Positions 18,742-19,436 of a DNA stretch of 19,436 nt are shown in pieces; the first letter of the stretch is position 1, and each line of letters begins with the position of its first letter. Source of the stretch: Octopus sinensis (taxonomy: Eukaryota); NCBI RefSeq assembly GCF_006345805.1, contig NW_021824280.1, positions 1-19,436 on the forward strand. Reading direction: 5' to 3'. The position numbers and the translations under genes are program-made. Below the pieces are notes generated by a model that saw nothing but the letters and a program-made list of their open reading frames with translations, was not told where the DNA came from and did no database searches.

Positions 18742-18961
18742 CAACCGTTCTGATCATTTTGGCCGCCATGGGTTTTGCAGAAATCACTAAATCATCCATA
18801 ACTTTTGTATTATCCTCTCAAATTACACCAAAATCTCAGGCAATAACAAATAATATCGTATTTATTGTCTGTGAAATTATAGAATATAAACAACTTTGAT
18901 AAAAATTATATCTACTTTTCTGACGAAAACAATGCCGTTCTGAACATTTTGGCCGCCACTG
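18742..18961 (-). repeat. Right terminal inverted repeat (220 bp)
   Basis: Reverse complement starts CAGTGGCGGCCAAAATGTTCAGAACGG. It has about 25-30 bp that the left copy lacks. Confidence 0.9.
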
Positions 18962-19250
18962 TATATATATAATATAATATGCATTATATACATACACACA
19001 CACGTATATATTTAATTTATATATATATATATATATTCTAATATATATATATAATATATATAATATGGTGGTGTGTGTGTGGTGTGGTGTATGTATATGT
19101 ATATGTATATATATATATATACTGATGCAGAGTTTTAAAAAATACTCACAGACGCATATTACATGCACAAACACACACACATATGTACACACAAACACAT
19201 ACATTGTCATATTCATACACCTATGCAGAGTCGAGTATGTATGTAAAGAG
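18962..19250. repeat. (TA)n/(GT)n/(CA)n microsatellite field
   Basis: Directly visible. Confidence 0.85.
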
Positions 19251-19436
19251 AAGACTAACTGCAGCAAGTGCTATGAATACATAATCTAAATTGAACCACA
19301 ACTCTATCCCTGCACCTCAGAATACAGTTACTGCATTAAGCATTCTCTTTGTGTATTGTCTTTTAATTTGGTGAATATGATGAATGGGAAGATAATGCAT
19401 TGTGCAGTTGTGCAAAATAGTATTTGGTGCATATAT

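Larger units (their letters stand above)
17365..18961 (-). mobile_element. Tc1-family DNA transposon (DD34E), IR-DR type, full length (1597 bp), inactive
   Basis: TA on both sides, long terminal inverted repeats each with outer and inner direct repeats, and a Tc1 transposase between them. Confidence 0.95.

Overview
Eukaryotic, microsatellite-dense DNA that is almost entirely non-coding. From its SINE/LINE families and repeat style it is most likely a coleoid cephalopod, probably Octopus (inference, not a database result). No intact protein-coding gene is recognisable. The window is a mosaic of decayed, often nested mobile elements. These are an internally deleted Ty3/Gypsy element whose 5' LTR stub is fused to a dead integrase, a full-length IR-DR Tc1 (DD34E) transposon with a frameshifted transposase, three or four RTE-like LINE fragments, a CR1-type LINE 3' end and more than 15 SINE copies of several families. 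Less routine signals: two copies of a repeat carrying a minimal type-I hammerhead-ribozyme fold of the kind found in Penelope-like elements (one with a near-canonical core at 12958-12997); a palindrome made of two back-to-back SINE tails with both bodies missing; an 81-bp near-perfect hairpin; and three short, phase-compatible candidate exons of an unidentified + strand host gene. Most ORF-track entries are artefacts of simple repeats. All alignments and folds were done by eye.
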